Shown: in pieces, positions 48,695-58,494 of the stretch
Numbering within the stretch: the first letter of the stretch is position 1
How the letters are laid out: each line of letters begins with the position of its first letter
Notes under the pieces: model-generated
The model's database searches: none
Told to the model about the DNA's origin: nothing
Seen by the model: the letters and a program-made list of their open reading frames with translations, nothing else
Assembly (NCBI GenBank): GCA_038046605.1
Contig: JBBSVW010000073.1
Span: forward strand, 196-64,195
Source: Candidatus Micrarchaeota archaeon
GTDB taxonomy: Archaea; Micrarchaeota; Micrarchaeia; Norongarragalinales; SBBD01
Reading direction: 5' to 3'
Length of the DNA: 64,000 nucleotides
Translations under genes and position numbers: made by a program

Positions 48695-49405
48695 ATGACG
48701 AAAAGAGTAAATTACCAGGATACAACGGTAATAGTGCCGACGCTAAACGAACGGAAAAACATCGGTATTTTGGTGCGCAGGCTATTTTTCCTCTATCCGA
48801 AAATACGGGTATTGGTTGTAGATGATGGTTCGAGGGACGGGACAATAGAATCTGTCAAGTCTCTCGCAAGAAGAAACCCCAATTTGCGCTTGCTTGATCG
48901 TACACAGGCAATGATTCACGGACTGACGGCTAGCGTTATAGACGGCCTTCTTGCGTGCACAACCCGCTTCTCTACCGTGATGGATGGGGATATGCAGCAT
49001 CCACCAGAGAAGGTGGGGGAAATCGTAGGGCTTTTACGCGGAAATGCCGAGATCGTCGTTGGTGTAAGGAAAGGAGAGATAAAAGGTTGGGCTTTGCATC
49101 GAAGGCTTATTTCAAATGCCGCGACCCTGTTGGGCAAACTGCGGTTATTATTTTCTGGCAAGGATGCTGCCGACGTATTATCTGGTTTTTTTGGAATTCG
49201 AAGCGCACTCGCAAAAAAGATAATCGAAAAGGGGAGGGGCCGTTTTGAGGAACGCGGATATAAGGTTCTATTTGATATACTTAAGCAAGTCAGTTCAGAA
49301 ACAAAGCTCAGCGAGGTCGGTTACAGGTTTGGAATGCGCCAGGGCGGCAGTTCGAAGATACGGACAAAGCATATCCTTTTTTTCATCTATTCCTTGGTTA
49401 AATGA
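48695..49405 (+). CDS. GT2 polyprenol-phosphate hexosyltransferase (DPM1-like)
   Basis: VIVPTLNE, VVDDGSRDGT, DGDMQHPP. Confidence 0.8.
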   Translation: MTKRVNYQDTTVIVPTLNERKNIGILVRRLFFLYPKIRVLVVDDGSRDGTIESVKSLARRNPNLRLLDRTQAMIHGLTASVIDGLLACTTRFSTVMDGDMQHPPEKVGEIVGLLRGNAEIVVGVRKGEIKGWALHRRLISNAATLLGKLRLLFSGKDAADVLSGFFGIRSALAKKIIEKGRGRFEERGYKVLFDILKQVSSETKLSEVGYRFGMRQGGSSKIRTKHILFFIYSLVK

Positions 49406-49467
49406 CCCATTATTCAGTTGGAAAGCTATAGTATGTTTTTAAAAAATAAATTGGGTGTCGTTCCGAA

Positions 49468-50442
49468 ATGGAATCCGAAAAAGAATTTTCAAAACATGAT
49501 TTGGTTTACACTAGTTGTCCACTTTGCGGTGCGAACGAGTTCCGAACGGAGCTTGCGAGCGGGCAGTTGAGGCTTGTGAAGTGCAATAAGTGTGGCTTTG
49601 TTTACCTAAACCCTCGTCTCAAAACCCCTACCTTGATGAAATTGTATAACGAAGGCGCATTTTCTTCTCCTGATTATTACGCGGAAACTTCCGAAGCGGA
49701 CAAGAGAAGCTTTGAAGATAGGTTGGCAATGATCGAATCCTTCACAAACAAAGGGAAGATTTTGGATGCCGGATGCTCCGTTGGATCCTTTTTGGAGATC
49801 GCAAAAAATAGGGGCTGGAAGGTAACTGGTTTTGATATAAACCGGAAGGCGATAACGGAATGCCGCCGCAAGGGCATCGATGCGGTATGTACTACTCTAG
49901 AAGAAACGAATTTCCCTCCGAATTATTTTGATGCCATAAGCATGAATGATTTCATAGAGCACGTGCCGGATCCGCTTGCGACCCTGAAAGGCGCAAATCG
50001 CTTGCTTAAGAATGACGGAATACTTTTCATTTCAACCCCCAAGATAAACAGCCTGCTTTACCGGATTTTCAGAAAGCGTTGGATTCACCTGAAGCCGTGG
50101 CAGCATCTGTCCTTTTTTACCCCCATAACGATAAATAAAATTCTTAGGAAGGCTGGCTTTAAGGTCGTCCGTTGCTTCACATTGGGCCGGCACAGGAGCG
50201 TAAAGATACTCATCAACAAATCCGAAGCCTATGTTGGAAAAATCCTGAGGAAAGTACTTTGGCGGATCGCACCTAAAAGCATTCGGGATCGCACAATATA
50301 TTTCGACCCAGGCGATGAGATGGGCATCATTGCAATCAAAACGAACCAATCTAGACAAAGAAACCGAACAGATCAAGTAGGCAGCGGAGGTATGCATCGC
50401 CCGCAGAAAACCTTAAAAAGAAAGCCAAACTTAAAAGCCTAA
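49468..50442 (+). CDS. Zinc-ribbon + class I SAM methyltransferase
   Basis: CPLCG...CNKCG; motif I LDAGCSVGSF. Confidence 0.7.
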   Translation: MESEKEFSKHDLVYTSCPLCGANEFRTELASGQLRLVKCNKCGFVYLNPRLKTPTLMKLYNEGAFSSPDYYAETSEADKRSFEDRLAMIESFTNKGKILDAGCSVGSFLEIAKNRGWKVTGFDINRKAITECRRKGIDAVCTTLEETNFPPNYFDAISMNDFIEHVPDPLATLKGANRLLKNDGILFISTPKINSLLYRIFRKRWIHLKPWQHLSFFTPITINKILRKAGFKVVRCFTLGRHRSVKILINKSEAYVGKILRKVLWRIAPKSIRDRTIYFDPGDEMGIIAIKTNQSRQRNRTDQVGSGGMHRPQKTLKRKPNLKA

Positions 50443-50583
50443 ATCTTTATCACCATTTGTGCGGCTTTTATTTATGTGGGCAAAGTGCGGGGTTAGGTCG
50501 GGTCTTTGGAAGGTTTGCTTTTTCGATAGTTCGGCGCATTTTTGATATTTTGCCATTCTTTCAAATAATAGGGGAGTTGAAGG

Positions 50584-52356
50584 ATGAAATTCGACAGGGT
50601 AACTCTTATTTTGTTTGGCATTGCCGCGATATTCCTCTTCAATGTGCTTGCGAACTTCAATCCCGCAGTCCGATATTCGCCGATGCTGGACGAATTCCTC
50701 GCTTTGGGAACACTCGAAATTTTCAAGGATAACCTTCTATCCGGCAAAAACCCCCTCGAAAACCAGCAATGGTGGTGCGGCAACTATTCTCCAATCAATG
50801 ACGGCCTTACCCAGTTGTGGTTTCTCCCATCGCCCATAATCTACACTTTGTTTGGGGAAATGACCTACGTCAAGCTTGCATACCTATTTGCCATGGCGCT
50901 TTCTGGCATTTTCTTTTGGTACTTCTCGAGGGAGTTAACGGATTCGGATAGCGCGCGCCTCTTTGGGTCCTTGATGTACATGCTTGGCGGAGTAGTTGTT
51001 GGGCTTATTTATTGGGGCCCGTGGGAGCACTTACTGGCATTCCCCCTGCTGCCCCTTTGCCTGATGTACGGCCTAAGGGCGCTCCATAAGGAGGACAATA
51101 TAAGCGTCCTCAAGGCGGCGGCCGTAATTTCTGTCATGATCTACCTTGGCACGCCCTATTTCACAGGATACATTTTCATGATCCTGACCTTTGCCCTCTT
51201 CTTTCCATTTGAGGACGAGCGCAAATGGAGCAGGGCAATAACCCTTGGAAAAATCCTCGCCGTGAGCCTGCTCCTCTCCGCCCCAAGGCTGCTTACGATC
51301 CAATACCCCGATATTCGCGTCGCCGATGTGAACGGGCTTGATTTTGGCGAGATAATCAACCATTTTCTAGGAAGGCGCCAGGCGTGGTATGAGGTCCGTG
51401 CCCGCCAGCTCTACATGGGGTTAATCCCAATTGGCCTTGCGTTATTTGCCCTGCTTTCCGAAAACAAGAAAAAAGCCCTCTTAATTGTTTCCATGCTGTG
51501 GTTTTTGAATTGGGCTGAAGGCACAAATAGCATCATGGCATTTCTCCCATTCAAAATCCCCCTCGAAAACATGCTAAGGGACTATCGCTTTACCATGTGG
51601 ACTTTTCCCCTCCTCATAAGCGCGCTTGCGGTCATTGGCCTTAAGGATGTGGAATCAAAATTCAAGGTGAAATCGCCCCTTTTCATCCTCTTTGCGTTTT
51701 TCATAATTGCACAGGGCCTAACCTCCATGATCCAGCCAACCGGCATATCCAGTTTCATTGATTACAAGCAACAATTCTATTTCATCCCTAATATGGCGGA
51801 TCTTCTAAGCAATATCATTCCCCTCATCGGTGTCCTTGCGCTTACATACGTTGCCCTGCGGGAAGTCAAGGCCTCGCCCCAGGTGATTGCGCTCACTTTG
51901 CTTGCGGTGTTTCACATCATCACAATCACCCTGCCAATCCTTAGGCCCTATCCGGACTATGCGCAGGATCCAGATATCAAGGCGGTTGCGGCGGAAATAG
52001 GCAAGGACACGTGGGTGTATGTGAATCTCGACAGTTTTGGCTCGAGGATCGTCTACGGCCTTACATTCAATGACGTTAAGGTAGCCAATTTGCCCTTCCA
52101 ACCCTCTTTCAAGGTGACCCAAACCAATATGGCATGCGGCAAATACCTAATTTCCTCGCAAGAGCTACCTGAGGTGGTTCCGATAATAACCAACCTGCCC
52201 GCTCCCAACACATACGCCGTTAAAATCTCCAAATTCTCGACGCACGGAAAACTAATAGTCTACAAGATAGAGCAGCTTGGCATTGCACAAAATCCCCAGC
52301 AGGGTGTTGCTGTTTGGGACCTGAAATACGGCTCAAACCTGTACGAGAAAGCGTGA
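50584..52356 (+). CDS. Large polytopic membrane protein, unknown function
   Basis: 590 aa, >10 TM. Confidence 0.45.
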   Translation: MKFDRVTLILFGIAAIFLFNVLANFNPAVRYSPMLDEFLALGTLEIFKDNLLSGKNPLENQQWWCGNYSPINDGLTQLWFLPSPIIYTLFGEMTYVKLAYLFAMALSGIFFWYFSRELTDSDSARLFGSLMYMLGGVVVGLIYWGPWEHLLAFPLLPLCLMYGLRALHKEDNISVLKAAAVISVMIYLGTPYFTGYIFMILTFALFFPFEDERKWSRAITLGKILAVSLLLSAPRLLTIQYPDIRVADVNGLDFGEIINHFLGRRQAWYEVRARQLYMGLIPIGLALFALLSENKKKALLIVSMLWFLNWAEGTNSIMAFLPFKIPLENMLRDYRFTMWTFPLLISALAVIGLKDVESKFKVKSPLFILFAFFIIAQGLTSMIQPTGISSFIDYKQQFYFIPNMADLLSNIIPLIGVLALTYVALREVKASPQVIALTLLAVFHIITITLPILRPYPDYAQDPDIKAVAAEIGKDTWVYVNLDSFGSRIVYGLTFNDVKVANLPFQPSFKVTQTNMACGKYLISSQELPEVVPIITNLPAPNTYAVKISKFSTHGKLIVYKIEQLGIAQNPQQGVAVWDLKYGSNLYEKA

Positions 52357-52362
52357 CCTACC

Positions 52363-52944
52363 ATGAAAATACCCCGGATTTCCGTGATCGTTCCAGTCGG
52401 CAAGCATCGCTTGGCGGAGCTGAACGGCCTTAGGGAATCACTCAGGTTGCAAACCTACCGGAATTTTGAGTTGATTGTTGAGCAGGGCAGTAACGTAGCG
52501 GCAAACCGGAACCGCGGGGCCAAAAAAGCCAGGGGTGCCATGCTGCTTTTCCTGGATAGCGACATCCGCATATCAAAAGGCATGCTGCAGCTGGTGGCGG
52601 ATACCTTGGAGCAAAAGCAAATCCTTGTTTTCTGGAAAGCGACCGCATTCGCAGCCCTGTTTAAAAATGATTTTGTGCCCTTCGACGAAACCTTCAGGTA
52701 TGCCGAGGATACAAAATGGTTCCCCGAATTGGAATCCCGAGGCGTGAGGATCGTGGAACTTATAGAAAACACCGGCAACCCTTCGATTCAAACCATCCTG
52801 AAGAAAAGCTTCACGAATCCATTCGATTGGCGGCGAACGCCGGGCATTAGCATGAGGCGGGCTTTCCTATCGGCCGCATTTGATATCCTAAAAAGGCTCA
52901 CTACGATGGCGGGCATACTTTTATCCTTCGTAATCAGAAAATAG
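52363..52944 (+). CDS. Short GT2-like glycosyltransferase
   Basis: ISVIVPVGK and FLDSDI (DxD) motifs. Confidence 0.55.
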   Translation: MKIPRISVIVPVGKHRLAELNGLRESLRLQTYRNFELIVEQGSNVAANRNRGAKKARGAMLLFLDSDIRISKGMLQLVADTLEQKQILVFWKATAFAALFKNDFVPFDETFRYAEDTKWFPELESRGVRIVELIENTGNPSIQTILKKSFTNPFDWRRTPGISMRRAFLSAAFDILKRLTTMAGILLSFVIRK

Positions 52945-53010
52945 GGCGCGGAAGCATCGGGAATATTTGGCATCATTTCCTGGCTAATTGGGCTTAGTTC
53001 CCCCCTCGGA

Positions 53011-53518
53011 TCATTTTTTCACTTTGAGCTTAATTTCAATCTCATGGATGAAAATAGGGTAAAGGGGGTTTATCAGCCCGATAAGCCCAATTCCCCCAAA
53101 ATTGGCCACCCTGCCATTAAGTTTTAGCCTGGATTCTATCAGTTCAAATTCGCCGGTAATGTCGCAATAATTATTCGGCTCGAGCCTTGTGAAAAACCTA
53201 AAGCTCCTCTCCGTGAAAAAGTGGACGTGGGTCGGCTCATCGTAGCAGTTCTGGTGGTTGAAATACGGCACCTTGATTTGGATCGTAGCCCCATTCCTGC
53301 CGATCCGGTGCAATTCCTTCATCACCGCGATGATGTCCGGCAGATGCTCAATGATGTGCTCCCGCGTTCACCTTCTCGACGGTGCTTTTTTTGAACGGGT
53401 ATGGGAATTTGTTCAGGTCGTGCACCACATCGACGCCTTCGCTCTTTACGATATCGAGGTTCACCCACCCTTCCTTTTGCTTGGTTATCCCCGACCCCCG
53501 GTTAAGTTTCATTTCTTT
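53011..53518 (-). pseudogene. Frameshifted class I SAM methyltransferase (Methyltransf_11-like)
   Basis: N-terminal MKLNRGSGITKQKEGWVNLDI...VEKVNAGAHH hits a stop at ~53331. Downstream +1 frame continues EHIIEHLPDIIAVMKELHRIGRNGATIQIKVPYF. Confidence 0.45.
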
Positions 53519-53641
53519 TCACCTTCAATGCTTGAATTGCAATTATTTATCGTGCCCATGCCCAACTGGCCATTGTTGGGATCTGCCGTGCCAGTTTTCC
53601 CCCTTGGATGATGGCGCTTTGAATGGATTAGCCTTTTATGC

Positions 53642-54505
53642 TCATCTCAACAATCCCCTGACGTATTCCTTCAATTCCCTTCCCATGTCCTTGCGGGCCA
53701 TTCCCATCTTCACAAATGACTTTGCGTAATCCAGTTTATTGCCTATATCGAACCTTTCTCCTTCGAACCTGCAAGCATACATCTTCTGCTTCAATGCAAG
53801 GGAATTAAGCGCGTCCGTAAGCTGGACCTCCCCGCCTTTTCCGGCTTTTGTGCGGCTTAATTCCTCGAAAATCTCGGGTGTCAATATATACCTGCCGATA
53901 ATCCCCAGGTTGGATGGCGCCTTTTCCGCGGATGGCTTTTCCACAAGCGATTCGATCTCGAATGCGTCGTTTGTGATTTTCCTTCCCTTGACGATCCCAT
54001 ACTTGTGGATATTTTCCTTCTCAATCTCCTCGACTGCAATGATGCTGCCGTGGTACTTTTCATAATTGGCAATCAGCTGCTTTAGGCAGGGCACTTTGCT
54101 TTCTACAATGGTGTCACCAAGCAGAAGTGCAAACGGCTTGCCTCCGATATGCTCCCTTGCGCAGAGCACCGCATCCCCAAGGCCATTTGGCTCCCGCTGC
54201 CTCACATAATGTATCGATGCAAGGGATGAAATGCGCTCCAGCTCATCAAGTTTATCCATCTCCCCCTTGCGCTTGAGGTACTCCTCGAGTTCATATGATT
54301 TGTCAAAATGATCCTCAATTGACCTTTTTCCCCGGCCAGTAATGATTAGGATGTCTGTGATCCCCGAATTGACCGCCTCTTCAATCACATACTGTATTGT
54401 TGGCTTGTCAATTATCGGCAGCATCTCCTTTGGCTGCGCTTTGGTCGCGGGAAGGAATCTTGTGCCAAGGCCCGCCGCCGGTATTACTGCATGCTTGATG
54501 GGCAT
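53642..54505 (-). CDS. galU: UTP--glucose-1-phosphate uridylyltransferase
   Basis: AVIPAAGLGTRFLPATKAQPKEMLPI. Confidence 0.9.
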   Translation of the reverse strand: MPIKHAVIPAAGLGTRFLPATKAQPKEMLPIIDKPTIQYVIEEAVNSGITDILIITGRGKRSIEDHFDKSYELEEYLKRKGEMDKLDELERISSLASIHYVRQREPNGLGDAVLCAREHIGGKPFALLLGDTIVESKVPCLKQLIANYEKYHGSIIAVEEIEKENIHKYGIVKGRKITNDAFEIESLVEKPSAEKAPSNLGIIGRYILTPEIFEELSRTKAGKGGEVQLTDALNSLALKQKMYACRFEGERFDIGNKLDYAKSFVKMGMARKDMGRELKEYVRGLLR

Positions 54506-54672
54506 ATGCCATGATTTATCACGGCGTATATTTTATACCTTTGCCAGGATCCATTGGGCTGCGCGTAAAAATTAGCTGAATTTGAATGCAACTTCCCATG
54601 CGGAAATTTTAGGGTGCGTGGATTCCACCCGATTTTTTCCCCATTCCGTTAATGGAAATTTGGCTTCATCGC

Positions 54673-55674
54673 TTAAAGGAGCTTGGATGGCTTACCATCA
54701 AGGAAATTGCCATACCACTCAATTGTGCGCCTAAGCCCGGTTTCGAGATCGTATTCGGGCTCCCAGCCAAGGACGCGCCTGGCTTTTTCTATGGAAAGGT
54801 ACTGTTCGGGAATTTCCTTCCCAGCGGTATTGGTCCATTGGGGCTTAGCATTCGATTTGAGCAGTTTTAGCATCAAATCCACCACTTCCCTAACCCTGAT
54901 TACTTTGCCTGAGCTGAAATTGAACGCCTCGCCCGAAACCCCCTTCCTTTTGGCCTCAGTTCCAAGAAGCATGTACGCCCGGACAATATCGTCGATGTAG
55001 ACAAAGTCGCGTTTTGGGGATCCGTCGCTTCGCATTACAAGGGGAGTGCCGTATTTGACATACTTGATGACTTTTGGGATTAGCCTCTTGAAATTAAGAT
55101 CGCCCCCCCCGTAAGTATTCCCACAGCGCGCAACCGTTACGGGCAGGCCGTACGTCTCGAAATAGGAACGCGCAATCAGGTCTACGCAGGATTTGGAGAC
55201 TTCATATGGGAACGCGCCTTTCATGGGCATGTCCTCGGTGTATGGCAACTTGTCGGAAATGCCATATGCCTTGTCGCTGGATGCGACTACAACGGATTCT
55301 ACGCTCGAAGAGTTCCTTGCGGCCTCAAGCACGTTGCCAGAACCAATGATATTTGCATAAAATGTGCCCATCGGGTCCGATAGCGCCGTTGTCACCTGGG
55401 TCTGCGCCCCCATGTGGTAAATAACCTGGATTTCGTATTCCGCAAGGGTGCGCTTGATTAGGTCGTAGTCCTCCAATTTGCCGTGGACCATTACCGTATC
55501 CTTGTAAAGGCCGGTTGCAAATAACTGTGATTTGGGCACGAAGTCGCGCACAAGTGAAACCGTGTTGGCGCCGCAATTTTCCAAATGCTTGAGGATGGCC
55601 CCGCCAATGAAGCCCGATGCCCCCGTTATCATCACATTCTTGTCGTGCCAAAACTGGCCATCTGTTGCGCCCAT
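54673..55674 (-). CDS. CDP-glucose 4,6-dehydratase-like SDR
   Basis: FWHDKNVMITGASGFIGG N-terminus typical of the RfbG/DdhB family; YxxxK. Confidence 0.65.
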   Translation of the reverse strand: MGATDGQFWHDKNVMITGASGFIGGAILKHLENCGANTVSLVRDFVPKSQLFATGLYKDTVMVHGKLEDYDLIKRTLAEYEIQVIYHMGAQTQVTTALSDPMGTFYANIIGSGNVLEAARNSSSVESVVVASSDKAYGISDKLPYTEDMPMKGAFPYEVSKSCVDLIARSYFETYGLPVTVARCGNTYGGGDLNFKRLIPKVIKYVKYGTPLVMRSDGSPKRDFVYIDDIVRAYMLLGTEAKRKGVSGEAFNFSSGKVIRVREVVDLMLKLLKSNAKPQWTNTAGKEIPEQYLSIEKARRVLGWEPEYDLETGLRRTIEWYGNFLDGKPSKLL

Positions 55675-55785
55675 GTATATCCCCCGTACTGCTCAATATT
55701 CCCCTATTTTTTAGGAATGTGGCATTTAATAAGTTTTTATGCCAGTTGAATGTTCCCTGCATTGCATTTGCCACTGGGCAATGGC

Positions 55786-56310
55786 TTACTTTTGGGCGCT
55801 TTTGAAGGTGATCTTGCTATTCATGACGTAATTGTACATGAATGTCATGCCTATTGCAATGGCCATTGATAAAAGATAGAACATTTTTGCATATTCTGTC
55901 AGCAACAATAGGATGGCAATATTTGCAACCTGGCTTGTTATGTATATGGCCTCAAAATTAAGGAACCTTGAAAGGACTGGCTTTGCCTTGTCCCTTTTTG
56001 CAAAAGTCCAGTTGTCGTGCAAAACAAAATTCCAAATTATCGAGATCTGCGTTGCCAAAGCAGCTGAGATCAGGTAATGGACCTTTAGGATGTCCGTAAA
56101 CACCCAAAGAAGGCTAATTGTCAGGATCGTTGCACTAAGCCCAACAAGCAAGAATTTTGAAAAATCCTCGCCATGTTCCTTGATTTTTGTTAAAGCCTTT
56201 GCCCGTATTGACATGTTCCAATTCATCAGTTGGCGGCATTCAGAAATTAAGCGCCTGCCGATAACCATTCCGATATGTGCATTATTATTGCATTTGCCTG
56301 CCGGATCCAA
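55786..56310 (-). CDS. GtrA-family membrane protein
   Basis: 4 TM; HDNWTF motif. Confidence 0.65.
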   Translation of the reverse strand: MDPAGKCNNNAHIGMVIGRRLISECRQLMNWNMSIRAKALTKIKEHGEDFSKFLLVGLSATILTISLLWVFTDILKVHYLISAALATQISIIWNFVLHDNWTFAKRDKAKPVLSRFLNFEAIYITSQVANIAILLLLTEYAKMFYLLSMAIAIGMTFMYNYVMNSKITFKSAQK

Positions 56311-56316
56311 GGCGGA

Positions 56317-57567
56317 TCAATCGATCCGGTATACCCTGAACTTGCCGGAATATACCGCCTTGAAGCCGCATGCGGCCAATTCAGCCTTCCCTGATATCAC
56401 GTACCTAGATCCCGTATACCCCGAAAATTCCCTAATTGATCCGCATTCCGTTGTTACTTCCATGTATTTTTCAATGAGTGCAGCATCCCCTGCCGGGTCA
56501 TAATTCCCCAAGGGGCTGGAAAATCCCCTAGCCGCAAGGACCGAATAGGCAGTCGTTGGCACATCCCTTAAAAGGAAATACTTCCCATCCAATTCCAGGG
56601 CTGGAAAATCATCCCCCAGCTGCGGTGGGAAATATGCCGCCTTCCCAAGGCCATATCCTATCAGCAGCAGGGCAATCCCGATCGAGGCAACGGACCTGTA
56701 TTTGATGATGAATAATCCCGCTGCAATCAATATCAAAAGGCCGCCTACAAGCAAAATGTAGCCCGAAAGGGCAATGCCGACAATCGATGGCTTGTTGCTC
56801 GCTGATATGAAAGGGGCCCAGAAAAGAATTGATGGGGCAAGGCCTGCTATCGATATTGCAAGCGCATTTTTTATCCTCCCATTCATCTTTCCCTTGATGG
56901 CAATGAGCGCTCCCCCCATTATGGCAAGAAAGCCCAGAAGGATGATTGATTCAAGGAAATGCGTAAGCGAGGCTAACAGGGATGCGATGAATACAAATGC
57001 AATGGACCGGTTTGACGGTTTCCTAAGATATTGGGCAATGGCCAAAATCCAAAGGAACAGCATCACAAAGCCTGCAAATTCGCCGTACCTGCCGGAGTTG
57101 AAAAAGCGGCCAACTGATATGGTCGATGAAAGAATCACGGCGCAGGCAAATGCGCCATCGATGCTTTCCCTTCCAAGGGCCCTTGCCAGTTGCAGGCAGA
57201 TCCAAAGGAGCATGATTTGCAAAAGCAGCATCGATAACGCAAGCGCCAGCCCCAAATTCCCTACAGCGAAATAAGCAAAGGTATCTATCAGGACTGAAAC
57301 CGGGGGATAGTACATGAAAAGGGATGTGCCATTGTACCATTCCTTTGTGTATGAGTAGTCCTCAAGGAAAAAATACGGCCTTATTGCATGGGAAGAAAAA
57401 TCCGAATCGTTGGATAAAAGGTCGATTGAAAATAGCTGGTAATTTTTCAGGGCGATGATGCCAATTGCCAGGGCCATTATTGCATACATCGCAAACCTGT
57501 ATGAGGCATTTTTTCCCATTTTACCAACTGGATAAGATGAATTGATAGGTATTTTAGCTTTCGGCAT
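56317..57567 (-). CDS. Polytopic membrane protein (possible glycosyltransferase / oligosaccharide polymerase)
   Basis: >10 TM. Located in the glycan locus. Confidence 0.45.
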   Translation of the reverse strand: MPKAKIPINSSYPVGKMGKNASYRFAMYAIMALAIGIIALKNYQLFSIDLLSNDSDFSSHAIRPYFFLEDYSYTKEWYNGTSLFMYYPPVSVLIDTFAYFAVGNLGLALALSMLLLQIMLLWICLQLARALGRESIDGAFACAVILSSTISVGRFFNSGRYGEFAGFVMLFLWILAIAQYLRKPSNRSIAFVFIASLLASLTHFLESIILLGFLAIMGGALIAIKGKMNGRIKNALAISIAGLAPSILFWAPFISASNKPSIVGIALSGYILLVGGLLILIAAGLFIIKYRSVASIGIALLLIGYGLGKAAYFPPQLGDDFPALELDGKYFLLRDVPTTAYSVLAARGFSSPLGNYDPAGDAALIEKYMEVTTECGSIREFSGYTGSRYVISGKAELAACGFKAVYSGKFRVYRID

Positions 57568-57616
57568 TTGCCTGTTCGATTTTTTTCCCGGGCTGGCCTG
57601 CCCCCTTTATTGGCCT

Positions 57617-58381
57617 TCATTTGGATAGGATAAACTTGCTGTTTTTGGCAATCCCTTTCTTGTGCAGCCAGAACTCCGCCATTTCGCTTAGGATGTTGAG
57701 GGAATACTTGACCAGCTGCATGGGCGTTGGCGAGTGCGCCTCCTTGCCATAATGCGTCGGGATTGGCATTTCAACTATCCGGAATTTGAGCAATTTTGCC
57801 TGTATCAGGATGTCGGTGTCGAAATGGTAATCGTTTGAGCATTTATCGAACCTGACCTTGCGCAATGCCTTGCAGCTATAGATTCGGTAACCCGAATGGT
57901 ATTCAGAAAGGTCCATCCCAAGGACCAGGTTTTCCACCCAGGTCAGGAACTTGTTTCCCATATATCGGATGATTGGCATCCCTCCGCCTAGGGGGTTCCC
58001 CTTCATCCTAGAGCCAAAAACCAAATCCGCCTTCCCCTGCTCAATTGGCAAAAGGAGTTTTGGCAACAGTTCCGGGGCATACTGCGCATCGCCATGCAGC
58101 ATCACCACGATGTCGTATTTCTTCCTAAGCACATATTCGTATGCCTTCTTTTGCGATCCGCCATAGCCCAGGTTATGCTCATTCCGTATTACATTCAGGT
58201 TCGATAGCCCCTTTTCCTGCTTATAGCCAATAGCCGTGAGGTATGTGTTGTCGGGGCTTGCGTTGTCAATCACAATGATTTCCTTTACGCGCTTTTTGAT
58301 TTCCCTAGGTATGCGGTCAATCACCCTTGGCAATGTGTGCGCCGCATTGTATGTCGGTATGAATATTGCTATTTTTTTCAT
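57617..58381 (-). CDS. GT2 glycosyltransferase
   Basis: IAIFIPTYNA, DNASPD, HGDAQYAPE. Confidence 0.8.
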   Translation of the reverse strand: MKKIAIFIPTYNAAHTLPRVIDRIPREIKKRVKEIIVIDNASPDNTYLTAIGYKQEKGLSNLNVIRNEHNLGYGGSQKKAYEYVLRKKYDIVVMLHGDAQYAPELLPKLLLPIEQGKADLVFGSRMKGNPLGGGMPIIRYMGNKFLTWVENLVLGMDLSEYHSGYRIYSCKALRKVRFDKCSNDYHFDTDILIQAKLLKFRIVEMPIPTHYGKEAHSPTPMQLVKYSLNILSEMAEFWLHKKGIAKNSKFILSK

Positions 58382-58494
58382 TCAAAGCACTTTTTTTTGA
58401 ATTCTTGCCAAATTTATTTTATGGTATATTGCCGGCTTGATGATGCCTTATCCCGTGGTTGTTTTTTTTGCAATCCGCTTCATTCCATTTATTC

